Both the position numbers and the translations under genes were made by a program. The notes beneath the pieces were generated by a model. That model ran no database searches, was not told the DNA's origin, and worked only from the letters and a program-made list of their open reading frames with translations. A stretch of 53,717 nt of DNA, the filler included, from Catajapyx aquilonaris (taxonomy: Eukaryota), in the NCBI GenBank assembly GCA_000934665.2. It is 3 parts of 3 records of this genome, joined end to end, with 100 filler letters (N's around TTAATTAATTAA, not from the genome) between each part and the next. Parts side by side here need not be neighbours in the genome. Positions count along the whole stretch, not along the records: positions 1 to 17,864 come from JYFJ02006858.1; positions 17,965 to 35,832 come from JYFJ02006859.1; 1 more part is not named here. One strand, written 5' to 3'. Of the stretch, positions 11,103 to 24,236 are shown piece by piece (positions within the stretch are counted from its first letter, which is position 1; the number at the start of each line of letters is the position of its first letter).

Positions 11103-12151
11103 TCTATACTTATAAACGTGAAAGTTGGTATGTATGTTGGTCAGGGCTACCTAACCGACTTTCGGACTACTGAGAGTTCTGAAATTTGGCACACCGATGT
11201 CTAATGTGCTACTGATTCCGGAAAAAGTCCGAAAACTGCACTTTTCTGAGTTTAAATATCCAAAATTTAGGATTTTAACATGAAATGTGGTAATTGTCAC
11301 GCCAGACAAAATTTCGGAGAGGAAAAAAAAAAAAAAAATCGGACGAAATTTTTGGTCCAAAATAATTTCGCCCCAAATTTCGTCTAAAATTTCTGACACA
11401 AAGATTTTGATCGAAAATGTTCGGCCGAAATTATCATTCGAAATTTTGCCCCAAATTTCCCGTCCAAAATTTCCGACAACTGAAAAAAAAATTTGGTTTA
11501 AAATATTTCGTCTGAAATTTCTGACTAAAAAATTTCGACCAAAATTCTGGACAAAACTTTTGGTCCACTATATTTCGTCCGAAATTTCGCCCCATTTCGT
11601 CTTTAAAAAATTGTCACAATTTTTTTAAATGTTTTTTTGGCCGAAACTATATCGTCCGAAATTTCGCCCCCTTTCCCGTCCAAAATTTCGGACCAAAAAA
11701 AAAAAAAAAAAATCGACCGAAATTTTGCCTCCCAATTTACGGACAATCTCCAGCGAAAAAATTCTGAAAAAAATTTTGAGCAAAATTCTGGACAAAAATT
11801 TCGCCTCCCAATGGGATTATAGCAATAGCAGGTGTCATTTCCTCTTTGTACTGCCGCTATTGGAACCAGGTCAAAGGTCGTATAAGACAAAATTTTCGCC
11901 CCCCAATTTACGGACAATCTCGAGCGAAAAAATTCTGAAGAAAATTTGGAGCGAAATTCTGGACAAAATTTTTGCTCCAAAATTTTTGCTCCCCCCCCCC
12001 CCCTCTCACCCCAATTTACGGACAATCTCGGACAAAATTTTGACCGAAATTTTTCGTCCGAAATCCAAAAATTAATTTGAAATGAAAACTCAGGTTTTAC
12101 AAACTTCTCTAATTTATCAATCCCCGTGCGAAGAACGAGGTCCACTGCTAG
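11103..12151 (+). mobile_element. Non-autonomous Helitron with internal degenerate repeats
   Basis: 5' TCTATACTTATAAA; 3' degenerate hairpin CCCGTGCGAAGAACGAGG then CTAG|T; internal GAAATTTTCGTCC-like repeats. Confidence 0.7.
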
Positions 12152-12739
12152 TACAGCATGTGCAAAAAATATCTTCAAATTTTGCGTCTAAAATATAAAT
12201 CGTGCAATATTTCCAATGTTATAAGTTCAGAAAAAAATCGTACATGTTACAGGGTCACTTCCGGAAATTCCGGAAATGAACGTTAAAAATCCTTGTGACC
12301 AGTTACGTTCACATCCTTTGGCCCTCCTTTTTTGTGTGTGTGTGTATGACCAAGGCTTTTCCACATGTTAGTGCAGGTGGCTTGGTCAACTGAGACCGGT
12401 TTTCTAGGCCACATGGCAATACCCAAAGAGAAGGGGGCAGGACCCCTTCTTCAAGTCTCTCATTGGTCCACACCAGTGGCCTGACTTAAGACGTCACTTT
12501 GGTTGGCGGGAAGGAAGAAAAAAAAANTGGTCTAATAAAAAAAATGGGATACAAGATCTAGAACCGTCTAGACGCGAAGGTCAGATGCTTATTTTTCGAA
12601 AAGAAATTGAACGTCCTTGCCGCCATTTTTGATATAGAAAAGGCCCATCAAAAAAGTCGAACATAATTATAATTATATAATTATACAAATGTGTATTTCC
12701 AGTGGACCGGTCTCTTGACCGAGGCAACAGCAGTAGTAC

Positions 12740-13340
12740 TTTTTTGATATAGAAAATGACCACCTAGTCATGCTTCAAAAAATGACTAGGCTGGTCAATT
12801 TCTATATCAAAAATGATTTTTGATATAGAAATTGACCACCTGGTCATTTTTGATATAGGAAATGACCACATAGTCATTCTTTATCAAAAATGACCAGCCT
12901 AGTCAAATTTTGATATAGAAATTGACCACCTAGTCATTTTTTGATATAGAAAATGACCAGCCTAGTCAAATTTTGATATAGAAAATGACCAGCCTAGTCA
13001 AATTTTGATATAGAAAATGACCAGCCTAGTCAACTTTTTATATAGAAAATGACTACCTAGTCATTTTTTGATGTAGAAGATGACCAGCCTAGTCAATTTT
13101 TGATATAGGAAAATGACCACCTAGTCAACTTTTGATGTAGAAAATGACCAGCCTAGTCAAATTTTTATATAGAAAATGACCACCTAGTCATTTTTTTATA
13201 TGGAAATTGTCCACCTAGTCATTTGTTGATATAGAAAATGACCACCTAGTCAATTTTTGATGTAGAAAATGACCAGCCTAGTGAAATTTTGATATCGAAA
13301 ATGACCACCTAGTCATTTTTTGATGTAAGGACCATCCCAG
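12740..13340. repeat. ~30-bp minisatellite, ~19 copies
   Basis: Unit TTTTTGATATAGAAAATGACCA(G)CCTAGTCA. Confidence 0.95.
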
Positions 13341-13779
13341 TCTATTTTAATATAAAAAAGGGCCATTCTAGTTTTCCAGGGTGGTCCACGGGTGGTCTAC
13401 TAATTCATAGTATCGATATCCCTCCCCCTTCCTGTAAGTGATTTATTATGATGTTTCTTTGTATCCCCCATTTGGAAAAGAGGGTGGGAATAATCGAGTG
13501 GACCTGTCAGGCGTGTGGAATAAGTGAAATGGAGCGAATCCAGATGATTGGAGGGGAGAGACTAGGGGAGAAGAAGAGAGAGAGAAAAAAAAAATGGCAA
13601 CTTCTCTCCTATTCTCTCCAGCCACATCTTTCCAGTTTGATTAGATCAAAATTGGCTGATACGCATAGATGCACAGTGACATCTTTAATCAGTTTCTGGC
13701 TTGGCATTTCGACATGTCAGAGAGAGGGGGAGGGGGGTCTGACCATGTGACGTCATTGATGAGGGGGTCAAAAGGTTGC

Positions 13780-16770
13780 AGACTGTATCTAGAACTTATT
13801 GAAATCGTGTTAGTTATATAAAAGTTGTTGATATGTAGGGTTAGAATTTAGATAGTATGGAATATGTGAAATATCAAGATACTGAGAAATATTAACATAC
13901 GGTACCGATATACTGAAATATTTGACACATCGACATTGAAATACTTGAAATATAATGGCGATATTTTTAAACGCACATTTGACATCGATATTTCGAAATA
14001 TGTGAAATATCGACATTTCAAAATATGTGAAATATCGACAATTCAAAATATTTGACATCAATATTTTGAAATACCGGTATTCGAAATAACATTTTATAGC
14101 ATTTGACAGATATTTTGAAATATCCGTAGTATCAATACTTCATCGCTGACTACCCCTCATAGGGAAATGTCGTGATGTTGTTGTTGTTGTTTATCAATAC
14201 TTCGAAATATTTGACATATCGATATATTGAAATATTGATATATCGATAGTTCGATATATTTGAAATAACGACATTCTGAAATATTTGACATCGGTATTTC
14301 AAAACATTCGAAAGATCAATATTTTTGAAATATTTGGCATTTTTTTGAAATATTGACTGTTGATATCAATATTTCAAAACATGTGAACTATCGGTATTTT
14401 TGATTGAAACCGTTGCCAAGTCGATATTTTTGAAATATTTGGCAGAGATTTATGTGAAATGTTTGGCTTTTTTTTGTTTTTTTTGAAATATTTGACATCG
14501 ACATTGGAAAAAGTGAAGTATCGATATTTTCAAATAGTTGCCACGTAAATATTTTTGAAATATTTGGCACATATATATTTTTGAAATATTTGGCACATAT
14601 ATTCCTGAAATACTTGACAAATCGATATTCTTGAAATACTTGACAAATCGATATTCTTGAAATAGTTGATATCGATATTCTTGAAATACTTGACATCGAT
14701 ATTCTTGAAATAAATACTTAACACATATTCTTGGAATATCGACACATATTCTTGGAATACTTGACATATCGATATTCTTGAAGTAATTGACATCGATATT
14801 CTTGAATACTTGATATATTTGATATATCTGGAATACATTTATCCTTCATATTTCACGTTAAAGGTTGAATCCCGTGTCTCTTCCATCATCTTTGGTCTGA
14901 ACTCAGAACTACACAAAAAAAGTAAACAGTTACGCCTTTTTTGCGGCAAATCCACCATTCTTAAGACAAAAAAAAATACCTTCACGTTTATGCAGGGGAG
15001 GGGGGGTCATTACCATCTAACCTCCTGTGAGAAGACAAGTCAGGCACGCGCCATCCTCCCATACAAAACTCTCTTTTTCTTCCCTCCCTCCTTCCAATGG
15101 ATCCATTCGACCATGAAAGATACGCCAAGATTTCGATTAAAAAAATGTAGGGGGGGGGAAGGATGGGCACCTTCTCCCTCTTCCCTTCCCCCCCAAAAAA
15201 GAGACAGTTTTTTTCCGCGTTTTTTGGGTATAAAAGAACCGTATCCCAGACGCTTCTGCTCCTTCATGCGAAAGAAGTGTTGATAAAGCCTTCCAAGCTA
15301 AACGGCCCTCTTTTGGTCCCCCCCCCCTCCCCCCCTCCCCTCCTCGCGATGGTTGTTGAACAACGCTTCCTTTCTGTCTGAACCATTGACCGACTGTTAA
15401 ATGTTAAGCATGGCAGTGCGCTAATTAGACAGAGATTATAATTTGATTTGGCTGGACCCCGATGTGGTGTTCGGAATTCCGTGGAATTCCGTGGAATATG
15501 ACGACTGTATATCTGGAACTCATTAAAATCGTGTAATTTACATCAAGATTGTTGAAATGTAGGGTTTAGATAGATTGAAACATTTGAAATATCGATGTTT
15601 TGTAATGTTCGGAATCTTTGGAATACGGTATCGATATTTTGGCCATGATGAAACATCGAAATTTTGTCATACCTGTGGCAGAGATATTCTTGTAATATTT
15701 TAAATCTCGATATATTGAAATGTTTGATGTATCGATATTTTGAAACAATGAAATATCGATATTTGGTGTGCTAGTTACACCATAATTATAATTTGATTGG
15801 GCTGGCCCCTGATGTGGTGTTTGGCTATTAAACATGGAATTCCGCTGTATCTGTAACGTCTTACTAAAATCATGTACGATAATTTATATAAATACTGTTG
15901 AAATGGAGGTTCAGATAGCTTGAAATACGGTATATGAAATATCGATATTTTGTAATGTTTGAAATCGTTAAAATTTCGATATGTTCTAATGTCTAAAATC
16001 TTTGAAATACGTAATCGATATTTTGACAATGTTGAAATATTGATATTTTGTCACACCTATGACGGCGATATTTTATAATGTTTGAAATACCGGTATCGAT
16101 ATTTTGTAATATTTGAAATATCGATATTTTGTCATGTTTGAAATATCAATATCTTGAAATGTTTGAAACATCAATATCTGAAAACACTTTAAATATTGTT
16201 TGTGTGTTAATTAGACCATGATTATAATTTGATTTGGCTGACCCCAATGTGGTGTTCGAAACGTAATACAAGTGCGCCATTTTTGGTCCAATCAACTTTC
16301 AAATGTTGACCTGGCATTACCAATATGTTGGAATGTTTGAAAATGATGGAATATCAATATTTCGACATTTTATAGATATATAGATATTATAGATATTTTG
16401 TCATACCTCCGTTAGCAATATTGTGAAATATTTGAAATATCGCTATTTGGTGTGCTAATTAGACCATAACTATAATTCTTGATTATTTTCATTATAATAT
16501 TTGAAACCTTTGGAATACGGTGTAGATATTTTGACAATTGTGACATATCGATATTATGTCATACCTATGATTGCGATATTTTGCAATATTTGAAATACCA
16601 ACACCTTGAAATGTTTGAAATATCGATATCATAAGGTACGCTAATTAGACCATAACTACAACTGTGATTTGGCAGGTCCCGATGTGGGTGTTCGGATAAC
16701 ACTGAATACTATCGGATAATAACGGAAGTCCGCCATTTTTGGTCCAATCAACCCGAAAATGTTGACCTGG
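13780..16770. repeat. Degenerate ATCGAT-rich composite tandem repeats
   Basis: ~21-bp GAAATATTTGACATCGATATT subunits plus a recurring head GCTAATTAGACCATAA..TGATTTGGCTG..CCCGATGTGGTGTT at ~15420, 15770, 16205, 16452 (partial) and 16640; interrupted by non-repeat sequence at ~14840-15410. Confidence 0.75.
14142..14191 (+). mobile_element. 5'-truncated retroposon tail
   Basis: GCTGACTACCCCTCATAGGGAAATGTCGTGAT(GTT)n flanked by the direct repeat TATCAATACTTC; same family inverted at 26677-26737. Confidence 0.7.
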
Positions 16771-17614
16771 CATTATTTTCTGCCCTGTACACTAATTAAT
16801 GTACCGTCAGCACTTTTTTCTTCTTCTTCTTGACAACTATCGGCCATTTTGAGTGAAAGCGAGAAATTGGAAGGTATGGGCGCTGGTCCTAAGATCAAAG
16901 TCAAGCTTTTCCTAATGACCCTTCCAATAGCTGGCCCCACCATTTTTTTTTTTTTTGGGGGGGGGGGGTTATGCAACAGTAGTTTGAATTTTATTTCACA
17001 TGATTGAGGTGTTGAGATGTCCTGCAGTTTAAAAGGTTAAGATTGGGCCATCTCTGTGCTCCATGAGATCTGAAAACAGGAAAAAATAATAATTAGTCAG
17101 TAAAAGTTCNGAAACCCCCCCAGTTTTTCCCTCCCTATTTCTTCTCCCCTCCATTCCCTCTTCCTCCTCCGTCTCTTTTTCCGAGTGTTGAGGGGCACGT
17201 GCCATGGAAGGGGAAGTTACTTTGATTCCAGCTGTAAATAGGGGAGGAAAAGGGGGAGGGGTTATGGGTCAAGCTTTCTCTCCACATAGAACCGATAATG
17301 ACGCTAATCCTCAGGAACAATTGGGGGCGAAATGTTGCAAAATGAAAAGCTTCTTATCATTAGAATTGTTGAAAAGGATTTCCTGGCTTTTTACATGCAT
17401 TATTAGTCGCTAGAATTGGTTGTGACTCTGTCCAGCGTCATATGGGTGTGGGATGTGGTATAGCACATCAGACTGATCAGGATCGACATCCAGGGGACGC
17501 CCCATGGATATCCAGGTGGGATTCTCAAGTGATATCCAGGTTGGATATCTCCTGGATATCGGATTCAGGCGCAGGAGTCAATCGGAGTCGACCGTGACGT
17601 CACATCCGGCCATT

Positions 17615-17864
17615 TTTAAGACTTTTTCGAACAAACAAGTCTTATAGAACAGCTCTGTCAGTCAGTCGCAGTCAGTCAGTCTGTCTGTGGACAGGTATCA
17701 GACAGAGCCGTGCTGTAAGACTTTTAGACTTTTTCGAAGAAAAACATCTTATAGACTGGCTGTCTGTCTGTCTGTCTGTGGATAGGTATCAGAGAGAGCC
17801 GTGCTATAAGACTTTTATACTTTTTCGAAGAAAAACGTCTTATAGAACGGCTGTCTGTCTGTCT
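17615..17864 (+). mobile_element. Three tandem HINE-like 5' heads
   Basis: Three copies of AGACTTTTTCGAA..AAC.TCTTATAGAAC.GCT-(GTCW)n-GTGGA.AGGTATCA; the third runs into the gap. Confidence 0.55.
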
Positions 17865-17964
17865 NNNNNNNNNNNNNNNNNNNNNNNNNNNNNNNNNNNN
17901 NNNNNNNNTTAATTAATTAANNNNNNNNNNNNNNNNNNNNNNNNNNNNNNNNNNNNNNNNNNNN
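17865..17964. other. Assembly gap with artificial linker
   Basis: 44 N + TTAATTAATTAA + 44 N. Confidence 0.95.
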
Positions 17965-18365
17965 TACTTCTCAGGGAAGGGGGTGGGAGGTGGGGGGACA
18001 AAAATTACTATAAACAAAGTATTTTCTACTACTTATAAGGAGTAGAAAATACTTTGTTTATAGTAATTTTTGTCCCCCCACCTCCCACTCCCTTCCCTGA
18101 GAAGTACCCTTCATGTGCATAATTCATGATTTTTGGTTATGCCACTGTATTCCCCATCCCAAGAAACCTCTAGATCCCAAAAATCTACTATAAACAAAGT
18201 ATTTTCTACTACTTATAAGGAGTAGAAAATACTTTGTTTATAGTAATTTTTGTCCCCCCACCTCCCACTCCCTTCCCTGAGAAGTACCCTTCATGTGCAT
18301 AATTCATGATTTTTGGTTATGCCACTGTATTCCCCATCCCAAGAAACCTCTAGATCCCAAAAATC
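17965..18365. repeat. ~140-bp palindrome plus 180-bp tandem duplication
   Basis: 17965-18106 folds back around ACTTATAAGG; 18006-18185 is repeated at 18186-18365. Confidence 0.85.
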
Positions 18366-18931
18366 TCGCCGATAGCACTAATGATAGCTTCCCCAGGGCC
18401 TTCATAAAGTTGTCCATTCTTGACCTTTTGACCCCTGTATCTCGAAAACGCTTGAGATCGAGGATTTCTCCAGAAGGGTGTTGTCCTTCTAGCTGATAAG
18501 GAACCCGGAAAAAAAAATATTTGACCTTGAACTTCGAGGGACACTTCGAGAGGTTCCCTTGTGAGATAATTGATCATTTGCGATTTAGCGATTGGGCCTA
18601 AGAGTGATTGTCAAATAGCAGTAACGTGTGTGTCAGTGTGTGCTGGTGTGTACCATGCGTCATGCTAGTAGCCAAATGGAAAAGCTGCTATTATTTTACC
18701 GGTGATGCGATTTCAGGGCTGAAGGTTTCCATACCTCCCAGGATACTTGGTACTTGTCGTTTGAAGGCAATTAACGCAGTAATGGGGCTGCCCAGACATA
18801 CTGACTCCTCTACATAACATGATCCTCTGGTGACAATTAAGTCACGTGTACAGGTCTGACTGGTCGATCCAATTACACCCTGTATAATGGTGGTACTGCA
18901 GGGCTGTCGGTGGAGGCATATGACCTACTAA

Positions 18932-20926
18932 CAAGGGAAGTGTAAGTGTTGTCCTTGGAGTTTCTGAATGAAACTTGGCACAATAATATAGGCAAGTAAG
19001 TTATTAAAGAAAATGCAAACAATTTAGGCGAATGCCCACAAGGTCAAAAGTTATGACCTCTCGAACTCACAAGGGACACTTTCCAAGGTCTCACTGATTT
19101 TCTCGGAATTCAGTACATTGGTAGGCCACCCCAAGGGATGTAAAACGCACCTAAAGTGACCTGCTCAAAATGACCTTGTGACCCCTTTTTGGAGGGCAGA
19201 GGTCAACTCTTAAATGCCGAAAACTCACCAATTTTCTTGAAATTCTGTGCATTGGTAGCCCCAAAAAAGGGGTCACCGGGTCATTTTGAGCAGGTCACTT
19301 TATGGGCGTTTTTCATTCCTTACGCGCAAGGTTTCAGATGTCACACTCAAAAATGCCGACATTTTATTGCATCACTGGAAAGGGATAATTACTCTGATTA
19401 CAACGAGCTATAGTGCTAGATCGCAGCCATATTTGAAAAAGTCACTTCTGAAATTGTTCTAAAAAAATAAATACAGATTTTTTTTTTCTCAAATTACTTG
19501 CCCGATTGGCGTCAAATGCAGCTTATAGCTCTTGGAAAATTTAGATCAAGTTGACAAGTTTTCCTTTATTTGTCGTCAGACGGAAGCATAAACCACCTGC
19601 AGATGAAATGAAGCATCATACATTAGCACCTACAACAGTTTGTAACAATGTGTTCCAATCATATCCGTACAACGATCACATCATTCGTATATCCTCCTGA
19701 GACCTGGTGTCGACATATGTCGACATCAGCAAAAGATTTTTTTGGCGCCAACCAGTGATGCCAACAGAACTGTAATAGGCTGGTATCCCATGGTTACAAT
19801 CTGGCCTCAATAGCTGTAGCCACCTAGCGTCGAATATCTGGCTTGGGCCGCGAAAATTAAATCGCGGACAAAATGGCGGATGCCGCTGCTGAAGCTTAGG
19901 CGCTCATCTGATAAGTTTTATTTTTTTACTCATATTTAGAATGCGATTTTCGCAATGCAGTGAATGTCCTGGGATTCGCAAGGAATGTGTCTTAGGAACT
20001 GCGAAAAGATGATTCTGTGACAATCTTTGTTGCTGTAGAGAACTGGTCATTTTCTTTTCTTCCTGAGACAAAATGTCCATTTAAATGGACATCCGAAAAA
20101 TGGCATTTTTAGCTGAATGGGTGTGACTTTTCTTTACGTGCCTGTACCTATACACCCATAAGGAATTGGGCTTTGCACTATGCTGTTCAGTTTGGAAATC
20201 TAGAATAGCAAGGTACCACTTTAGCGGGTAAGAAGGGAAGGAGCAAGCCCCATGCCTGGAGTGGTGGCGTTAAAAAATGATTTCATTTATCTTTAATTGT
20301 CTTCTGAGAGGAATTTCTACCACTAATTCCACAAATTAATTTTAAAAACATTGTTTGGAGGATAGAGCACTATGTGAGTGATCCATTAAGTGGTATTTCA
20401 ATTTTCAGCTTTCATCCGTTCTGCTTTTGTAGCACCAATTGGGTCCTAATGTTCCCATTGGTTGTTTGTCGCCATTTTTGTCGATATTTTAAAACTAAAA
20501 TTTTTTTCTTGTTTCTTATTGGGAACATGTTCAGAAAATGCAATAGGAACTGACATTGCGTTAAAAAATTCTTCTCAGGTCTCAGGAGGATATGACGACA
20601 GTGTGGGATACCAATGCACCGAATTTCAAGAAAATGGGTGAGTTTTAGGCATAAAGAGTTGACCTCTGACCCCCAAAATGGGTCACCAGGTCATTTTGAG
20701 CAGGTCACTTTCGGTGCGTTTTTCATCCCTTGGGGTGGCCTACCAATGTACCGAATTTCAAGAAAATCGGTGAAACCTTGGAAAGTGTCCCTTGTGAGTT
20801 CGAGAGACGTTTGACCTTGTGGGCATTCGCCTAAATTGTTTGCATTTTCTTTAATAACTTACCTGCCTATATTATTGTGCCGAGTTTCATTCAGAAACTC
20901 CACGGACAACACTTACACTTCCCTTG
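18932..20926. mobile_element. Non-autonomous DNA transposon with ~300-bp TIRs
   Basis: CAAGGGAAGTGTAAGTGTTGTCC... / ...GGACAACACTTACACTTCCCTTG, TAA on both flanks; contains a nested element. Confidence 0.85.
19693..20589. mobile_element. Nested non-autonomous element with ATAT target duplication
   Basis: ATAT|CCTCCTGAGACCTG ... CAGGTCTCAGGAGG|ATAT. Confidence 0.75.
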
Positions 20927-20947
20927 TAAGTTGCAGGTGATCATTAA

Positions 20948-21417
20948 CCCTTAACTACGTAGGTGGAGCCTGAGAGGCTCCAAGCACTATTTAAACGCAT
21001 GTAACTTTTTCATTGAATTTTATTTTCCCCTGTCCTTCCGTGACTTTGTCAGAAAAATCTTCCTAATCATGAAAAGGAAAGAAATTTTTTTTAGTCCCTA
21101 TTGTTTGGTTTTAAAAAATTCGTAACGAGGAACAGGTCCCTCCTGGACTCTATACTGGCTCTACCTATGCAGGTGAAGACTGAGCGGCTCGAGCATGATG
21201 TAACCTTTTAATTAAGAATTTTTTCCTGTCGGAATATGCTGACTCAGCGTGTGATTTTTACGTTTTCGGAAGCCAAATGATCTGAACTGCACTTTCTGTA
21301 TGTGAAAAGTCCAATGTAACAATTTAGTTGATAAGCAGAAATTTAAATATGCCGTTGGAGCCTCTCAGGCTCCACCTACGTAGTTAAAGGTGTTTCAGCC
21401 ACCTACGTAGTTAAGGG
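20948..21417. mobile_element. piggyBac-type MITE
   Basis: TTAA|CCCTTAACTACGTAGGTGG ... CCACCTACGTAGTTAAGGG|TTAA; the right TIR is partially duplicated. Confidence 0.9.
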
Positions 21418-23418
21418 TTAAAGTAATCGTTATAAACTCAATTACAGCCTAAAACCTATAAAGAAGGTAAGTGCACTTACCTTCTTATTGCAGAGAACCC
21501 TTCAATTGTCCAAACCATTGCATATAGTATCACCAATTAAAAAACTGCATGGCAACAAATCTTTCTCCATGCAAACACGTTTATCTAAAATATTACATCT
21601 AATGCTATTAAATAGCTACTCGTCAAGACAACATGCGCACCACAAATATTTCATCTTTTTAAAAGGAGCTAGTCCTCCTTATAGACGACGCATGGACGAC
21701 TTGTCATGGATACGAATAGCTATCTCCACACTTTCAACAATTTGTAAAAATATGCCAATAGTTACATGAATTTAGCTGTCTACTTTGAAACATTCAGGAT
21801 GATCCTAACTTGTAAATCACCAGAATTGACTCGACCAGCCCTAACAGTAAAGCAGACCAACATGACAACATGGGTCCACACCGTGCGACACAGAGAAACT
21901 TACTATTCTAAGTAAGTGACAGTTACTCATCCCAGAGACTACAGCTTGTACAGTACAGTACGCCCTCGGCATTGAAACAACCTGCTGCGCTGTGGGCAAA
22001 TGGGCATGTTCTCTGAGATCAAGAAGACCCCCAAAATGTCTAGGTCCTTCTTTTAAAAATGGGCCACAACATGTCCAGCTTTAAACGGACGCTTCGTCGA
22101 TGACAGTCATTCCTCTCTTGGCCCCTGAAAGCACCCTCCAGTTTCTGAACAAGGAGCCTTGTAGATGTTGAGACTCACCATTGTTTGCGCCTGATCCCTG
22201 CGGTTGTACAGGTATATTGGTGTTGTTGGGGTTGGTGCTGGAGGCCTGGAATTGAGGAGACACCAAACTGTCCTGAGGGTCATCGTCGGGTTTGGTCTCG
22301 TCGTCAGGTGCGGCACCGTCAGGGTTGATGTTGGCCTGCCTGGCGACGGACCACCGACGTCCTCGACGCTCCAACAGCGATCAGGTTGTTCTCGTATTCT
22401 CTGAGCATGAGGTAGTTCTCCACCTTGTTGCAGGAGGTGATGCAGTCGCCCAGGTAGTCCAGGTCGTCCAGGATGTTGTCCGAAAGGTCCATGTCCGCGA
22501 TCCCTTCCTCCGAGATACAGGTCAGCTCTGGCTTCTTCAGGTCCATGAAGTTGTAGGTGAAGGACCATTGTTGGAGGAGGGCCAGAGGAGGTGCGTGCTC
22601 GTCGGCTTGGAAGGACAGCCGAGCCTCGTGCTCGTCCTGGTGTGGACAGTTGGGCGCCGGACACTTGTGCTTCAGGCCCTCCACCACTGCCCTTCTTCTT
22701 GGCCAGCTTGCGACGGTGCATGTCGATCAGGAAGAGGGTCATGAAAGATGGTAATTGTACAGGTTGTTAATGGTAGGGTAATCGATGGTTGGAAGGGCAG
22801 GGGCAGCAGGCACCATGGCTTGTGGCAATGGAGCTGTCGCACTGTACCCGGGCATGACTCGTGGTGGGTAGCAGCAAACAGTCCCAGCAGCTCGACAGAG
22901 AAGACGCTGGTGGGTCTTCATCATTGCCAATACCTGCGAGTATCAATGGTTAGCAATGCAAGTCAAGAGCACAGACCTCTTGAGCTCACCTGCTGCACGT
23001 ATATGCACATTGACCCCAACGTGATGGCTCGGACCAACAGCACTTCCCAGCCTCAGACGATAGTGGCGAGTAGCCTCAGACGCAACCTTGGCACTCCTCT
23101 TCAGGAGGCTGGCCATTGTTGGTATAAGGCAAAGTCACAGAGGTCGACTGGGTCCGACGGGTGCTGGGAAATGCTGTAATCACGTCCAGGTGGCATCCAG
23201 GCCCTGTTGCCTCCGGCAGGTGCTTGGTTCTGCTGAGAAACCTTCTGAAACACTTCTGACTTCATGACTGGCTAGGACTGATGCTGGAGATGTCGGTGAT
23301 GGCCTCAGTATGATCTGTCAAGATGATTGGCTTCAAAATGACTTTTCAGAGGATCACTGGACATAATGGCATAATGTGGTAGCCGAGATGGTAATGTCTC
23401 GGCTTGCTGAGTGAAAGG

Positions 23419-23746
23419 GATGTGAATAGGGATTCTTATAGTGCTTTTCACCCTGATTCCAAATCTGCACTTAGAATATTGTGCTGTCTGGCACAGTTAT
23501 TGAGATATACTGCATTTACTAATATATATTAGTAAGTGCAATAAATGCAGTATATCTCAATACAAGGGGTTAACCACTCGACTGTAAAGTGTACACTGGA
23601 GTACCAAAATTCAAGGAGTACCTGAGAGTACCACTGCAGGTGTACACCGGAGTACCGAAGTGGTTAACCCCTTGTCTCAATAACTGAATTCTAAGTGCAG
23701 ATTTGGAATCGGGGTGAAAAGTACTATAAGAATCCCTATTCACATC
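23419..23746. mobile_element. Foldback MITE
   Basis: ~60-bp inverted arms GATGTGAATAGGGATTCTTATAGT..CACTTAGAAT and the reverse complement; immediately follows a SINE head at ~23375-23418. Confidence 0.75.
23563..23674. mobile_element. 112-bp MITE with 8-bp TSD (P/hAT-like)
   Basis: TCTCAATA|CAAGGGGTTAACCACT ... AGTGGTTAACCCCTTG|TCTCAATA. Confidence 0.9.
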
Positions 23747-24236
23747 TTCAGAAAGAGCAAAAAGGTATTTTGCAGAAGAGTGAAATTAACGGTCCCGTCA
23801 AGCGGGGTTACTTAAGCCACTTTTCAATTTCAGACATATGCCAATTCAAGAGCATTGACTTGAGAGATTAACTAATTGTTGTAAAACATGGGTCTACAGT
23901 TACGGTCGACGTATACATGGATGAAAGTTTCCTACAACATGTACGATAAAAACAAAAAAAAAAAAGAAGGGGTGGCTTAAGTTACCCCCTGATAGGGGGT
24001 AACTTAAGCCAGCAGGAAGAATTCAGTGTTTCGCTTATGTTAGACGATGACACGGTAACAAAGTCCGTTCCCAGGGCGAAAATAAACATTTGCATATTGC
24101 TCCAGAAATTTATTATTCAAAATAAGGGAAAGTATGGCGGCCTCTCTTTATGCTCACCGGCTGTACAGAACAAACAATATTTCTGATGTGTGAACATACA
24201 TTTCATCATCAACAATGCTCCCAACTAGGCAACTAC

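Noticed and set aside
11151..12178. Overlapping K/F/I-rich ORFs up to 191 aa
   Set aside because: Translations of degenerate repeats inside a non-autonomous Helitron.
12740..13340. Regular ~30-bp repeats resembling a CRISPR array
   Set aside because: The units are head-to-tail with no unique spacers, there are no cas genes, and the context is eukaryotic.
13810..14838. Several 80-105 aa ORFs
   Set aside because: Low-complexity translations of satellite sequence.
17865..17964. TTAATTAATTAA palindrome inside N runs (also 35833-35932)
   Set aside because: The same 44N-12-44N layout appears twice and has stops in all six frames, so it is a scaffolding linker and not biology.
17965..18365. Palindrome plus exact 180-bp duplication as a functional structure
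   Set aside because: It abuts a contig edge and may be an assembly artefact; read support is needed.
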